Shown here piece by piece: positions 46,216-59,649 of a DNA stretch of 61,436 nucleotides (positions are counted from its first letter, which is position 1; each line of letters opens with the position of its first letter). Below the pieces are notes generated by a model that searched no databases, was not told where the DNA came from, and worked only from the letters and a program-made list of their open reading frames with translations. The stretch is from Tubiluchus corallicola (taxonomy: Eukaryota; Animalia; Priapulida): assembly GCA_030141605.1 (NCBI GenBank), contig JAQGDQ010001119.1, positions 1 to 61,436 on the forward strand, read 5' to 3'. Made by a program: the position numbers and the translations under genes.

Positions 46216-47598
46216 ATGACATTTGCATCAATTCTAAAAACGTGTGCCATTGTGTTTTATTTCCTTGAATGTTTTTGCATCAAAGGAACGTTGTGTAAAA
46301 CTAAAACAAGGACTGAAAATTGTAACAGCTCATATAACCTGTTCAATTTAGATGCGCAATATGGTAAAAACTCCGGAACACAGGGTTATTCACTCCACGG
46401 AGAGATGCTTCGAGTGGGAGCATGGAGAGACGATGCTACGAAGCCATATCTAGATCAGCTGCTCACGATGCTCAGCCAAGCAGCAAACTTCACGTACAAG
46501 GTGACATACATTAAACGTTCAGGAACTCTAAAAAATGTAGTTGATACAGGAGAATTCGACTTGCTTTTGGGATTAGTCACAATGTTACCAGAAAGAGCAA
46601 AAAGTATGACGTTTCTTCACCCACTTGTTTATAATTCTCAGGTATTTATCACAAAAAGACATCAATTACAAGGTTTTAATATAATAGACCCATTCACCAC
46701 ACTCGTGTGGCTGCTTGTGGTATTATATGGCATAGTAGTGGGTACAATGCTTTACTATATTGACTACAGCAAAAACTTGCCGTACAACGAGGAAGAGATT
46801 ATAAAATGCAGCAACTACCAAAGAAAACTGGAAGAACCAGTGATAAAGAATGAAAGTAAGGCGTACTTTACTCGGTTCACACTATCGTCATACCTCCAAC
46901 AAGGTGGAACATATTTACCACAATGTTTATCTGCTAGAATGCTTATCGGATGGTGGTGGATTTTTGCTTGCATCATCACAGCCATGTACACGGGCACACT
47001 GGTTAGTAAATTATTTGTAAGCAAGCAAGTTTATCCATTCTCTACGTTGCAAGAGTTGATAGACAGCGACATAGTTCCTGTTACACTAGGTCAGTTGAGC
47101 GGCACCTTGCAAATGAAAAACAGGCCGGAATTTAGGCAACTGTGGCAGAGAATGAAAGAGGATGCTAATGTACCTGCCGACAATGAAGAAATAGCATTAG
47201 AGCTGATAGCTACTGGAAAATACACCTACTTCGGAGAAGAGACTTATGCAAAGCTCGAGTTAATAAGGGATTATGAATTACAGGGAAAATGCAGATTTTC
47301 TGTTTCCCCGTTTTTGAAATTTTATTCACCGTTAGCACTAGTTGTACCAAAGAAAAGTAACTACACGGAAGTCCTAAATTTTGCTCTTGCTACATTAAAG
47401 GAACACGGTCTTGCGGACAAACTGCTACAACAGTTACTGCAGCCTTCGGAAAAATGTTTAGACCCACCTGTTCAGCATGTAGGCACGTTATCAATTAATG
47501 TGGAGCAACTTGGCGTAGTTTTTTGGGGGTTGATATTTGGAACTGGTGTAGCATTGTTTACATTTATTAGCGAGCTTGCTTACAAGAAGTTTATGTGA
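46216..47598 (+). CDS. Intronless IR, paralog A, right-arm copy
   Basis: ATG at 46216 by homology (another in-frame ATG at 46192). Translation identical to the left-arm copy. Confidence 0.9.
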   Translation: MTFASILKTCAIVFYFLECFCIKGTLCKTKTRTENCNSSYNLFNLDAQYGKNSGTQGYSLHGEMLRVGAWRDDATKPYLDQLLTMLSQAANFTYKVTYIKRSGTLKNVVDTGEFDLLLGLVTMLPERAKSMTFLHPLVYNSQVFITKRHQLQGFNIIDPFTTLVWLLVVLYGIVVGTMLYYIDYSKNLPYNEEEIIKCSNYQRKLEEPVIKNESKAYFTRFTLSSYLQQGGTYLPQCLSARMLIGWWWIFACIITAMYTGTLVSKLFVSKQVYPFSTLQELIDSDIVPVTLGQLSGTLQMKNRPEFRQLWQRMKEDANVPADNEEIALELIATGKYTYFGEETYAKLELIRDYELQGKCRFSVSPFLKFYSPLALVVPKKSNYTEVLNFALATLKEHGLADKLLQQLLQPSEKCLDPPVQHVGTLSINVEQLGVVFWGLIFGTGVALFTFISELAYKKFM

Positions 47599-47712
47599 AA
47601 ATCGACAGATATTGTACTAACCCTTCAATCTCCAATCATTTACCCTTTTCAAGGTCATCAATAACTGCTGCTTGTTGGCTGATCTACCCACATTTCCTTT
47701 ACAGCAACAAAA

Positions 47713-48300
47713 TTAAACAAATTTGCCTGTTTTGAAAATGATCAACCATGCATTAGTCTATCCGTACCTCCAATACTGTGTGTTGTCTTGGTGGCAAGCA
47801 AAAAAAATACTTATTACAACCACTAATTACAGTTCAGAATAAAATAGTTAAATACATTGACTTTCGCCAATTACAGAGACCATGCAACACCATCGTACAT
47901 ACACCTTAGTTTATTGAAAATACAAGATATTTATAATCTTGAATTATTTAAATTCATGTACAAGTATAATAACCGACAGTTGCCTGAATTATATACTAAC
48001 TACTTTACCTTAATCAAAGATGTTCACTCTCACTATACTAGGTCTTCTAATCTTGAATTATTTAAATTCATGTATAAGTATAATAACCGACAGTTGCCTG
48101 AATTATATACTAACTACTTTACCTTAATCAAAGATGTTCACTCTTACTATACTAGGTCTTCCAGTACGGGACACTATTTTCAAACACAATTTAACACAGC
48201 GTGTGGCTTAAATACCTTACAGCACAGTGGAGTTATTTTGTGGAATTGTGCTAACAATCATTTCCTCTCCTTCTTTACAAATAGCTACCAAACAATATAA
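47713..48300 (+). mobile_element. LINE ORF2 C-terminal fragment (mirror of 13143..13730)
   Basis: Same 147-aa translation as the left-arm copy. Confidence 0.75.
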
Positions 48301-49025
48301 GATATTTTTACTTAGTAAATATTCATTGGCATAAAAACCAGAGGTTTTTTCTCTTTTTTGTGCACGTGTGTCTTTTTGCACTAATGTTTTTCTTTTACTA
48401 ATAGGTATCTTTACGACTTTTGTTACTTTATTAAGTAAAAGGTATAAATCAATTTAAATGAAATTATTCATTCATCGCAGCCTGTATCTGTATGTGTTTC
48501 CACTTTGAAAATGCTCTTAGCTTATAACCAGCAAATATCAGTGACACAAAAAATTTTGAATGTATTATTGTAACATTAATTTTGCTAATTAATCACTAAT
48601 ATTCTCATAATTTGACCCCCGTCACCATAGCCCATCTTTAATGGTTATGATGGCTACATTACTACCATCAAATATAATTTAAATTTACTACTATTAAAAT
48701 TATAGTTATTACTACAAGTATAATTGTATAATTTAATCTCTTCTCCACCACTTAAATCTGATAATATATATATTAATTTTTTTTTTTAAATAGTTATGAA
48801 TATATATATATATATATATATGTCTATATATATATCATTGTATATACAAGTAAGCAATATGGTTCATTGTAATACAAGTAAGTGATACATTGACAGATAA
48901 TCACAAAATTCATATTCATAACTATTTAAAAATTTTTTTCACTCTTTAAGGCTCACTCAAAAGCATAATTACATATTATGTTTTCCTTTCTCAACTTTCA
49001 GGTTTATTACTCTTATACCATTGCT

Positions 49026-49442
49026 ATTATTACATCATTTAGTTCATCCTTATTTACATTAAGTTATCTACAGAAGCATGCATAACTATAATCATTTTTT
49101 CATTTAAGTAAGGTGAGTGTGTTAATGACCGTATGGTCGTACACTCACCTCGTACTACTCAAATTATTACATCATTTACTTCATCCTTATTTACATTAAG
49201 TTATCTACAGAAGCACGCATAACCGTAATGATTTTTTCATTTATGTAAGGTGAGTGTGTTAATGACAGTATGGTAGTACGCTCACCTCGCACTACTCAAA
49301 TTATTACATCATTTACTTTATCCTTATTTACATTAAGTTATCTACAGAAGCATGCATAACTATAATCATTTTTACATTTAAGTAAAGTGAGTGTGTTAAT
49401 GACCATATGGTCGTACACGCACCTCGCACTACTCAAATTATT
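49026..49442 (-). repeat. 137-bp tandem repeat x3 (mirror)
   Basis: Reverse complement of 12002..12418. Confidence 0.9.
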
Positions 49443-50497
49443 TTATTTAAAGTTTATTAATGTGTTTGATATTGTATTTTTGATGTGTGAAAATAAATTC
49501 ATAGTTCATAGTCGACTGACTGATTCATTTTGTTTTTGTTTTACGTTTAAAATTCAAATAATTAAGAATACGTTTTTATTTTGCCTTGAGATTTGTGAAC
49601 TTATTGTAAAATTTTCATTGTGCTTTAAATTTAAATACAAAATAACAATTATGCACTTCCTTTAATGCTGTATCTTGCTTGTGTTTTGATTTTAAAGGTT
49701 TCTGCTTGTCACACAATGGAGTTTCATACAAAATTATATATGAAAATGCATTTGCTTACCTTGGACAAATTAAAAATGCATTTTTAACAAAAAAATTAAA
49801 AAAAATGGTTTTTGATGAAAAAAATTGAAAAAGCTTTCAGTAACTGCAGTGTTTGCACTGTAACAATGTACAGTATCACTTGTGTGAAATCAGCTAATGC
49901 AGAAAATTTCAACTGTCCAGACACAACACTCTGATAAACTTTGGCTTCAAGTCTAATCTATTTTTAAGATGAAATTCTTGTTAAAAGATGAAACGACTTT
50001 AATTTTTCCTTGGCTGATCGGTTGGTTTTTCCTGGAATAGCAGAAGAACACTGCACAGCTTGGGCTGTAGTAAGCAGATGATCGATAAATTAGTGAGTAC
50101 GATCGCGCAAGCGTACACCAGACTAAGCTACTCAATAGGCTAAGTTGGAGTGCTTGAAGAGGGCGTATTTTTCTTAATTTTATCCAATTAAATCTCTTAT
50201 AAATGTTTAAACAAATAGCCTGATTGGATAGCCAATATTCTCCTGAATAGAACATTACATAATTTGTAATCATTTAGTTATGTCTGTGCTCATACAGTAG
50301 TAGAAAAGTCATTAAGTCTTATAAGACCCATTTTGTATGACGCGGTTCTGAACGAGTTGCTACACTAATTCAGTTACAAAGTGGTAAATAAAATTACTAC
50401 GAGTTTTCATCGATCATTTTACCCATTTTGAATGGTGCGATCCTGATCACGTAAGGTATTTCAATATAAAAATTAAAAAACAGCCAACTTGTCCTAC

Positions 50498-50674
50498 CTG
50501 ATCGATGATGAGGGTACCGAGATTTTGTGCACCGAACGCCATGCTAGCAACGTTTCTTATGTCCCACAGCGTTGAAGGCAGAGTGATGTCAATATTGCTG
50601 ACCGTCGTCACTGGAATCCGTCCTGTCCCGAGGGACACAACACATGTCAACGGCGCGGCATCTTTTTCTCGTCC
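50498..50674 (-). CDS. PLA2G6: iPLA2-beta exon (VVSLGTG), right-arm copy
   Basis: Mirror of 10770..10946 with two synonymous differences. Confidence 0.9.
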
Positions 50675-50839
50675 CTAAACAGAATGACAATTGCTTCAAA
50701 CAACGTATAAAACTGTTAAAAACAAATTCGGTGTTTAGGTCACAAAATTGTAACTACACTCACATCCGGACAAAAGTCGGTCCAAACTTGCCGATCGTCG
50801 GTTTTTACCAATGCTAAGCTAATACAGTAGGTGTTGTGT

Positions 50840-51199
50840 ATTAGACTCATGGTTATGTAGAATCGATCGCCTAATTGTCTCAAAAACGTCTAGTACGGGC
50901 CGCTTCTGACATATTAGATTCACGGGAATGTAGAATCAATCGTCTAATTGTCTCAAAAACGTCTAGTATGGGCCGCTCCTGACATATTAGACTCACGGTA
51001 ATGTAGAATCAATCGCCTAATTGTCTCAAAAACATCTAGTACGGGCCGCTCCTGACATATTAGACTCACGATAATGTAGAATCAATCGCCTAATTGTCTC
51101 AAAAACGTTTAGTACGGGCCGCTCCCGACATATTAGACTCATGGTAATGTAGAATCAATCGCTTAATTGTCTCAAAAACGTCTAGTACGGGCCACTCCT
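50840..51199 (-). repeat. 73-bp tandem repeat (mirror)
   Basis: Reverse complement of 10245..10604. Confidence 0.9.
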
Positions 51200-51642
51200 A
51201 TTCAAAAGTGTATAAAAACTGTCGGCAATTGACTCAAATAACTTCGCATAAATGATTCTATATTTTTTCTGCACATGCTCAAATAAGACACTTTTGTGCG
51301 ACATAATGAGCTTTTGCTATTTTTATGTCGTCTTACTTCACTTTTGTGCACTGCACTACAATCAAGAAACAATCACGTTCGTACAGTAGCTTCTCACACG
51401 TTGCTTGGCCACACTGACGTAATGATGTAAACAAAGTGACGACCCGCCATCTAGCGGTCAGGTCACGAAACAGCAGACTGTGTCCGCAGTATGCAGAACT
51501 TTTTAACGGACCAGATTTTGTCCGATTCTTCCAATATCCGTAAAAGTGATTGTACATTTAAAAGCAGCTATTGTCTAAACATACTTAAAACTTCCAGGCT
51601 ATGCCTGAAATCGTCATTACTATGACCATAAGGTAATCTTAA

Positions 51643-52102
51643 CCCTTTCACTACGAAAGGCGGCACAGTGCCGCCTATGTTTTCATGCAAGGGACGGAAG
51701 GCGGTAGACTGCTGCCTAAGCTCAGCACTAAGCTCAGTTACCCAGGTCTGTTTATTTCACTGCTACACATGCAGAACATTGTAGAAAATGATTGTATATT
51801 ATTGATTAGTATTGTGTCTTTTGTGAAAACTGGCTTCTAAGTACATGCTTATTTGTGGAGGTGTGTGTGTGTGTGTGTGTGCACGTGTGTGTGTGTGTGT
51901 GTGTGTGTGTCTAGCATGTGGTGTGTGGGCAGAGGCATGTGCATGTGTAGAAATAAAACTAATATTTAATATTAGTACTCAATAACGAACAACTATTTGT
52001 TTATTTGCAAGATTCTGTTTTAGTAACACACCACAAGAAGTTACTGTCAAATGTGCAAAAGTCGACGTGGCCCAGTTAAAAAGCAACTACGTAGTGAAAG
52101 GG
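51643..52102. mobile_element. piggyBac-like MITE (mirror)
   Basis: TTAA-CCCTTTCACTACG...CGTAGTGAAAGGG-TTAA. The microsatellite region is rearranged and the element is net 6 bp shorter than the left copy. Confidence 0.88.
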
Positions 52103-52641
52103 TTAAGTTGCAAGAACAATTATGTCCACAATCATGACACATTCTATTGAAACTTTAAATGCAGTTACTTAAAATAATTACCTAAAACTTAAAAGAAAAC
52201 CGGACGATTGTTTAGACTCAATCTCATTTTAATTTACTGTCCAAAATATACGTTTTCTTGCCAATAAAAGTTAACAATTGTTCCTAATATTTGAATAATT
52301 TGCTTAGCAAGTTAATTAACGGCAAAGAACACGTCAGAAGCTAACCACAGTTTGTCCAATAGCAGGCGTCTTCCCTTGCGCATCAAGCACATTTGCATAA
52401 GTATTACGGCACTGTTTAAACGCAGGGGGAGTGACGTCGCGAAAAATGGGCTCCACATCATATGATGTCAGAAACTAACACAGCAGTTTATGATCATGGC
52501 TATCACAGTACCGTCTGCTATTTTTCGGCCACGCGAACGTGACAAAAAGGTGCCGTTGCCAATCTTAGTAGATTCACTGAAAGTAACTTCGAAAGTTTAA
52601 CAAAATGTGAGTATCCGAGGTAATTATTATTTAATCTAAGC

Positions 52642-53537
52642 CAGGCGTGTGCAAATTGCGGCCCGCCGAGAGAATTTGTGTGGCCCGCGAAGAGATTTGT
52701 CAACCTAATGAAAGTGTGGCCCGGGCGATTAATTGAGTGTATCCAGCTGTACTCCGTGCCACGATCCCAAAGATAGTGCGGGTAGTTTTTTCTACTAGAT
52801 CGGATGCCATTAACCCTTACAAGACAGTTGTAGCTTAATGTCGCCGTACTACACAGACTGTGTGATACACATTACTAATATGCATTGTAATGAAATTACC
52901 ACTATCTGTCCTGAAAGTAGAAATATATGGTTTGTAATATAAATTTTAATAACTTCTAAACTGTAGCGGATAGCCCTATAGGATGAATAGGCTGAAGCCT
53001 AAGGCCGGGATCAAAAGGGGCCCGGCAAAATAAAACGAAAAAGAATTTTTTTTGGTAAAAAAAATTGACAAAAGAGAAATGGCCCGCCAAAATAAAATAT
53101 AGAAAAAAGTTTTTTTTTTCAGAAGTCAGTCACTATATTTCAAATCGGGTTTACACAAATCAAGTTTACACAATTCAAGTTTACACAATTCAAGTTTACA
53201 CAATTTAAGTTTAAGTTCAAAATTTCAGTTTCCGAATTTTTCTGGGGGCACCACAAAGGGCTCGACGAGAGCTCCACAAAAACACGTCAGCTCAGCAGTG
53301 TAGCAACATTTAAAAGGCCCGTTCCAAGCTCAAGCCTAAGGCCCATAAAATCATAATCCGCCGCTGCTTCTAAAATAGTTTATTGAGTGCAATAATAATG
53401 ATGTACGCAGGTCGGATGCAAAAAAATCGTTATTAGGCATTTCTGTACTTGGCTCCTTGATCAAACTGCCTGTGGCCCGCAGGAATTGCGGGAAACTTCA
53501 ATGTGGCCTGGCTAGTCAGATAATTTGCACACCTCTG
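52642..53537. mobile_element. hAT-like element with nested MITE at 52961..53366 (mirror)
   Basis: Mirror of 7901..8796. TSD atctaagc. Confidence 0.85.
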
Positions 53538-53647
53538 ATCTAAGCTTTGATTTAAAAAAAGCTATTGTAGTTTTCAATATTTTAGAGCATACTTTATTCT
53601 GAACTAATGTCTACACAATCGTCCGGTTTTGCTTTATGTCTAATTAC

Positions 53648-53802
53648 CGCGACTTTGCAGGCCGTATTGTACTGATGGACCTCGGTCAACATATCCAACG
53701 TCGGGTTATTAGCTATGATGCCTCCGTCTAACATCCTCCCGAGAGGCTTAAAGAACGTCGGAGCCGCCCCCGAAGCTCGGGCCGCCCTCCAAACCAGCTG
53801 GT
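53648..53802 (-). CDS. PLA2G6: iPLA2-beta exon (DGG motif), right-arm copy
   Basis: Mirror of 7636..7790. Confidence 0.92.
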
Positions 53803-54654
53803 CTAAATAATTCAACTCAACTCAATTCAAGTCAGCTTTATTTACTCAATAGCAGTTAAAATTCGACATAACTGATTTTACATTTCATTGCAAGTGAGAA
53901 GAAGCAGCGAAAGACCTATCGGTCACTTGATCAGCTGCCTCTCATTAAAAATACAAGTTCACTTACAGGTGCGTGACATTTTTTAGGTGTTTTTATACAA
54001 AGAAAACATTATAGAATTAAAAATAGATTTCGTATTAAATTATGTACTAAGTAGCAGAAATGCTTATTTAATCTAGTCAAATTTTTACAAATAAACATAT
54101 TGCATAATTAACGAATTGCTCGTAACAATGACGGTTCTTAGAAACACCATTATGCTCTAAACGCCCGTTTAGCGAAGTTTCGTTTTAACGACGCCGAACA
54201 TTTTCTCCTTCTTCCCACTTAACGATGCACCGTTTCCTTTAACAATGATTTTTTTACTTTTTTTATTTTATCAACAACATTTTCACCTAACTTGAAGCAT
54301 TAAAACAGTACATATTGCACAATTCTGTACTAAACATGCACTAGTAACGGAAAACAGTGCAATTAATGTACAAAAATGAAATAAAAAACCCGCAAAAGTG
54401 TCTTAGCTATACAAGACCATGTGCACTTTCGTTAAATATTTACTCATTCAGGCATTATGTAACTTTATAGCTGAACACAGGCCGTGACCACGCAGCTAAT
54501 TATCCCAAGCTGGTCACAGTGACTAACATACAGTGAGTGCAAAACTGAGACCAGTGCAACCAAGCATTAGCACCAACAGCGTCACATTTTAACGCCAAAT
54601 TTTGCGACCTCTCCCTCCCACCAACCCACACTACAAGCTAAAGGGGAAACTGAC

Positions 54655-54779
54655 CTTTAAAATTGGGCATTGGCCGAAATTCGCCGGCCACAGTTGCCGG
54701 TTCACCGGGCACCTCATAATTCCGAAAGAGGTGCAAGTCGGCGGGATGTCGGTCGGCCACCACTCCGGTAACAAACAAC
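54655..54779 (-). CDS. PLA2G6: iPLA2-beta exon (LHLFRNY), right-arm copy
   Basis: Mirror of 6658..6782. Confidence 0.9.
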
Positions 54780-54880
54780 CTGTGAAACAAAAAACCGAAT
54801 CGAATCAAGACTTGGTTGTAACCAGGATTGTCCCAGACTCACTGAATAAGTGCCTGTTTGTAAATCATACAGTAATACTT

Positions 54881-57477
54881 GCATCATGTGATTGTACATG
54901 TACTTATGTCACTTACTGTGTTTCTTATCATGTGATTGTACACGTACTTACATCACTTAATGTGTTTCTTATCACGTGATTGTACACATACTTAGATCAC
55001 TTAATGTGTTTCTTATCATGTGATTGTACCCATACTTACATCACTTACTATGTTTCTCATGTGATTGTACACGTACTTACATTACTTACTATGTTTCTTA
55101 TCATGTGACTGTACACGTACTTACATCACTTATAATGTTTCTTATCATGTGATTGTACACGTACTTACATCATTTACTATGTTTCTTACATGTGATTGTA
55201 CATGTACTTACATCACTTACTATGTTTCTTATCATGTGATTGTACACGTACTTACATCATTTACTATGTTTCTTATCATGTGATTGTACACGTATTTGCA
55301 TCGCTTATTGCATTTCTCATAATGTGATTGAACACGTACTTACATCACTTACTATGTTTCTTATCATGGGATAGTACACATACTTACATCACTTACTGTG
55401 TTTCTTATCATGTGATTGAACACGTACTTACATTACTTACTATGTTTCTCATCATGTGATTGTACATGTACTTACCGTATATACTCGCATATAAGCCGAC
55501 CCCCTAAAACTGCTTTAAAATGGCCAGTTTTTGCAAAAACCCGTATATAAGCTGACCATCAACTTGTCTCATCCATGTTGCCAATTCTGCAGGGAGGGAA
55601 GTCACCAGCCTTTCTTTGATCAATAACATACTTTTGAAATGCAAAAGTTTATGTTCATATTGTGATGGCAATTTTCGTTCTCTGTCTCAAACTTATAGAG
55701 TGTCTGTTCAGAAAACGTGTACACCAATATGTTCCTCTATAAGCCACGTGACCCTCGTCTCCCCACGCGCTGCCTACCAATTGGCTGATGACGTCGGCTT
55801 CACCACTAGCTGTAGCTTGGTTACGGCTCGCAACTGGTGACACACAGTGGTGTATTGCTAAATAAAAAGTAGGTGGACGGCTAGTCTCAAGACTTACCAT
55901 TTTACATTCACAAATTTGAAAGAAATTGACATTATTTAAAACCCTTTTTGGAAAAATGAAAACAAGTAGATTTAATATTAAACCCGTATACATTTTTAAT
56001 ATTTTTTATCTAATGAATACAAAAAGCAGACATTTATTGAAATGTGAATTTTTTCTAAAAAAAAAGTGGGTGGACGGCGATCCCCCACGATCCCCCTCCA
56101 ATACACCACTGGTGATACACAACCAAATAAAGAGTCAGATAGCGATGAAAATGTGTGGCTGGAAAATTGGCATTAGTGTCTGTCCTTGTGTTCATTTTGT
56201 TTCATGCGCATATAAGTCGACCCCCTGATTTCAGTATTGTATTTTATAGTTCTAAATTCGGCTTATACGTGAGTATATACGGTACATCACTTACTGTGTT
56301 CTTACATGAGATTGAACACGTACTTACATCACTTACTATGTTTCTTATCATGTGATTGTACACATACTTACATCACTTACTGTGTTCTTACATGTGATTG
56401 AACACGTACTTACATCGCTTACTATGTTTCTTATCATGTGATTGTACACGTACTTACATCACTTACTGTGTTCTTACATGTGATTGAACACGTACTTACA
56501 TCACTTACTATGTTTCTTATCATGTGATTGTACACGTACTTACATCACTTACTATGTTTCTCATCATGTGATTGCAAATTTACTTACATCACTTACTGTT
56601 TCTTATCATGTGATTGAACACGTACTTACATCACTTACTATGTTTCTTATCATGTGATAGTACACGTACTTACATCACTTACTGTGTTCTTACATGTGAT
56701 TGAACACGTACTTACACCACTTACTATGTTTCTCATGATGTGATTGTACATGTACTTACATCTCTTACTGTGATTCTTATCATGTGATTGAACACGTACT
56801 TACATCACTTACTATGTTTCTTATCATGTGATTGTACACGTACTTACATCACTTACTATGTTTCTCATCATGTGATTGCAAATTTACTTACATCACTTAC
56901 TGTTTCTTATCATGTGATTGAACACGTACTTACATCACTTACTATGTTTCTTATCATGTGATAGTACACGTACTTACATCACTTACTGTGTTCTTACATG
57001 TGATTGAACACGTACTTACACCACTTACTATGTTTCTCATGATGTGATTGTACATGTACTTACATCTCTTACTGTGATTCTTATCATGTGATTGAACACG
57101 TACTTACATCACTTACTATGTTTCTTATCATGTGATTGTACACGTACTTACATCACTTACTATGTTTCTCATCATGTGATTGCAAATTTACTTACATCAC
57201 TTACTGTTTCTTATCATGTGATTGAACACGTACTTACATCACTTACTATGTTTCTTATCATGTGATAGTACACGTACTTACATCACTTACTGTGTTCTTA
57301 CATGTGATTGAACACGTACTTACACCACTTACTATGTTTCTCATGATGTGATTGTACATGTACTTACATCTCTTACTGTGATTCTTATCATGTGATTGAA
57401 CACGTACTTACATCACTTACTGTGTTCTTACATGTGTTTGAACACGTACTTACATCACTTACTGCATTTCTTATATG
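54881..57477 (-). repeat. ~44-bp minisatellite with higher-order repeat (mirror)
   Basis: Reverse complement of 3960..6556. Confidence 0.93.
55475..56282. mobile_element. pogo/Tigger-like MITE with nested hAT-like MITE at 55845..56111 (mirror)
   Basis: TA-CCGTATATACTC...GAGTATATACGG-TA. Confidence 0.88.
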
Positions 57478-57660
57478 ATAACTATTTTTTCGGTGGCTGC
57501 TACATCTGCAACCGTACAGGTTTTTTTGTGGCAGGCTCCGTGATATCTATGATTGTCACACTGTATGCAAAATATCGTCCAAATGCAAATTATTGTCAAT
57601 GCATGTCAGACTGTATGCAAAGTATGTAAAAATCGTCCAAATGCAGTTGCCGTCTACCAA

Positions 57661-59305
57661 GTAACTGGGTACGTACTTAACTCTGCCGATGTCGCACTTG
57701 CAAGTGTGTAACTGGGTACGTACTTAACTCTGCCGATGTCGCACTTGCAAGTGTGTAACTGGGTACGTACTTAACTCTGCCGATGTCGCACTTGCAAGTG
57801 TGTAACCGGGTATGTACTTAACTCTGCCGATGTCGCACATGCGAGTGTGTAACTGGATACGTACTTAACTCTGCCGATGTCGCACATGCGAGTGTGTAAC
57901 TGGGTACGTACTTAACTCTGCCGATGTTGCACATGCGAGTGTGTAACTGGGTACGTACTTAACTCTGCCGATGTCGCACTTGCAAGTGTGTAACTGGATA
58001 CGTACTTAACTCTGCCGATGTCGCACATGCGAGTGTGTAACTGGGTACGTACTTATCTCTGCCGATGCCGCACATGCGAGTGTGTAACTGGATACGTACT
58101 TAACTCTACCGATGTCGCATATGCGAGTGTGTAACCGGGTACATACTTAACTCTGCTTATGTCGCACATGCAAGTGTGTAACTGGGTACGTACTTAACTC
58201 TGCCGATGTCGCACATGCGAGTGTGTAACTGGGTACGTACTTAACTCTACCGATGTCGCACATGCGAGTGTGTAACTGGGTACGTACTTAACTCAGCCGA
58301 TGTCGCACGTGCGAGTGTATAACTGGGTACGTACTTAACTCTGCCGATGTCGCACTTGCAAGTGTGTAACTGGGTACATACTTAACTCTACCGATGTCGC
58401 ACGTGCGAGTGTGTAACTCGGTACGTACTTAACTCTGCCGATGTCGCACTTGCAAGTGTGTAACTGGGTACGTACTTAACTCTGCCGATGTCGCACTTGC
58501 AAGTGTGTAACTGGATACGTACTTAACTCTGCCGATGTCGCACATGCGAGTGTGTAACTGGGTACGTACTTATCTCTGCCGATGCCGCACATGCGAGTGT
58601 GTAACTGGATACGTACTTAACTCTACCGATGTCGCATATGCGAGTGTGTAACCGGGTACATACTTAACTCTGCCGATGTCGCACATGCAAGTGTGTAACT
58701 GGGTACGTACTTAACTCTGCCGATGTCGCACATGCGAGTGTGTAACTGGGTACGTACTTAACTCTACCGATGTCGCACATGCGAGTGTGTAACTGGGTAC
58801 GTACTTAACTCAGCCGATGTCGCACGTGCGAGTGTATAACTAGGTACGTACTTAACTCTGCCGATGTCGCACTTGCAAGTGTGTAACTGGGTACATACTT
58901 AACTCTGCCGATGTCGCACGTGCGAGTGTGTAACTCGGTACGTACTTAACTCTGCCGATGTCGCACTTGCAAGTGTGTAACTGGGTATGTACTTAACTCT
59001 GCCGATGTCGCACGTGCGAATGTGTAACCGGGTACGTACTTAACTCTGCCGATGTCGCACTTGCAAGTGTGTAACCGGGTATGTACTTAACTCTGCCGAT
59101 GTCGCACATGCGAGTGTGTAACCGGGTACGTACTTAACTCTGCCGATGTCGCACATGCAAGTGTGTAACTGGGTACGTACTTAACTCTGCCGATGTCGCA
59201 CATGCAAGTGTGTAACTGGGTACGTACTTAACTCTGCCGATGTCGCACATGCGAGTGTGTAACCGGGTACGTACTTAACTCTGCTGATGTCGCACATGCG
59301 AGTGT
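57661..59305 (-). repeat. 47-bp splice-donor minisatellite (mirror)
   Basis: Reverse complement of 2132..3776, same length. Confidence 0.95.
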
Positions 59306-59425
59306 TCTCACCCAATTCCGTGCGCAGAGCCTGCTCTAATGGTTCAGAAGGGTAGGGTCGCTTTCCACAAAAGACATCATCCTTCAACTTCAAGTAGAAC
59401 GACTGACATTCTCGCACCGTCTTTC
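59275..59425 (-). CDS. PLA2G6: iPLA2-beta exon, right-arm copy
   Basis: Mirror of 2012..2162. Confidence 0.9.
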
Positions 59426-59543
59426 CTGGAATAGAAAACTACTGAAATTTCAAAGAAGTCCATGACAGTAGGCGACGCTTAAGCCATAGACAGCCAGAAA
59501 AATACACAAACCGGCCAAAAATTGATGGTTAATTAATTCTTAC

Positions 59544-59649
59544 CAGAAGCTAAACCGACAGCCAAAATTCCTCCTGTACTTGTGCCGCAAATCCAGTCAA
59601 AAAGCTCGATTAACGGGCACTGTGCTTCCTTCTCTATCGCTAATAGCAA
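59544..59649 (-). CDS. PLA2G6: iPLA2-beta exon (GTSTG), right-arm copy
   Basis: Mirror of 1788..1893. Confidence 0.9.
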
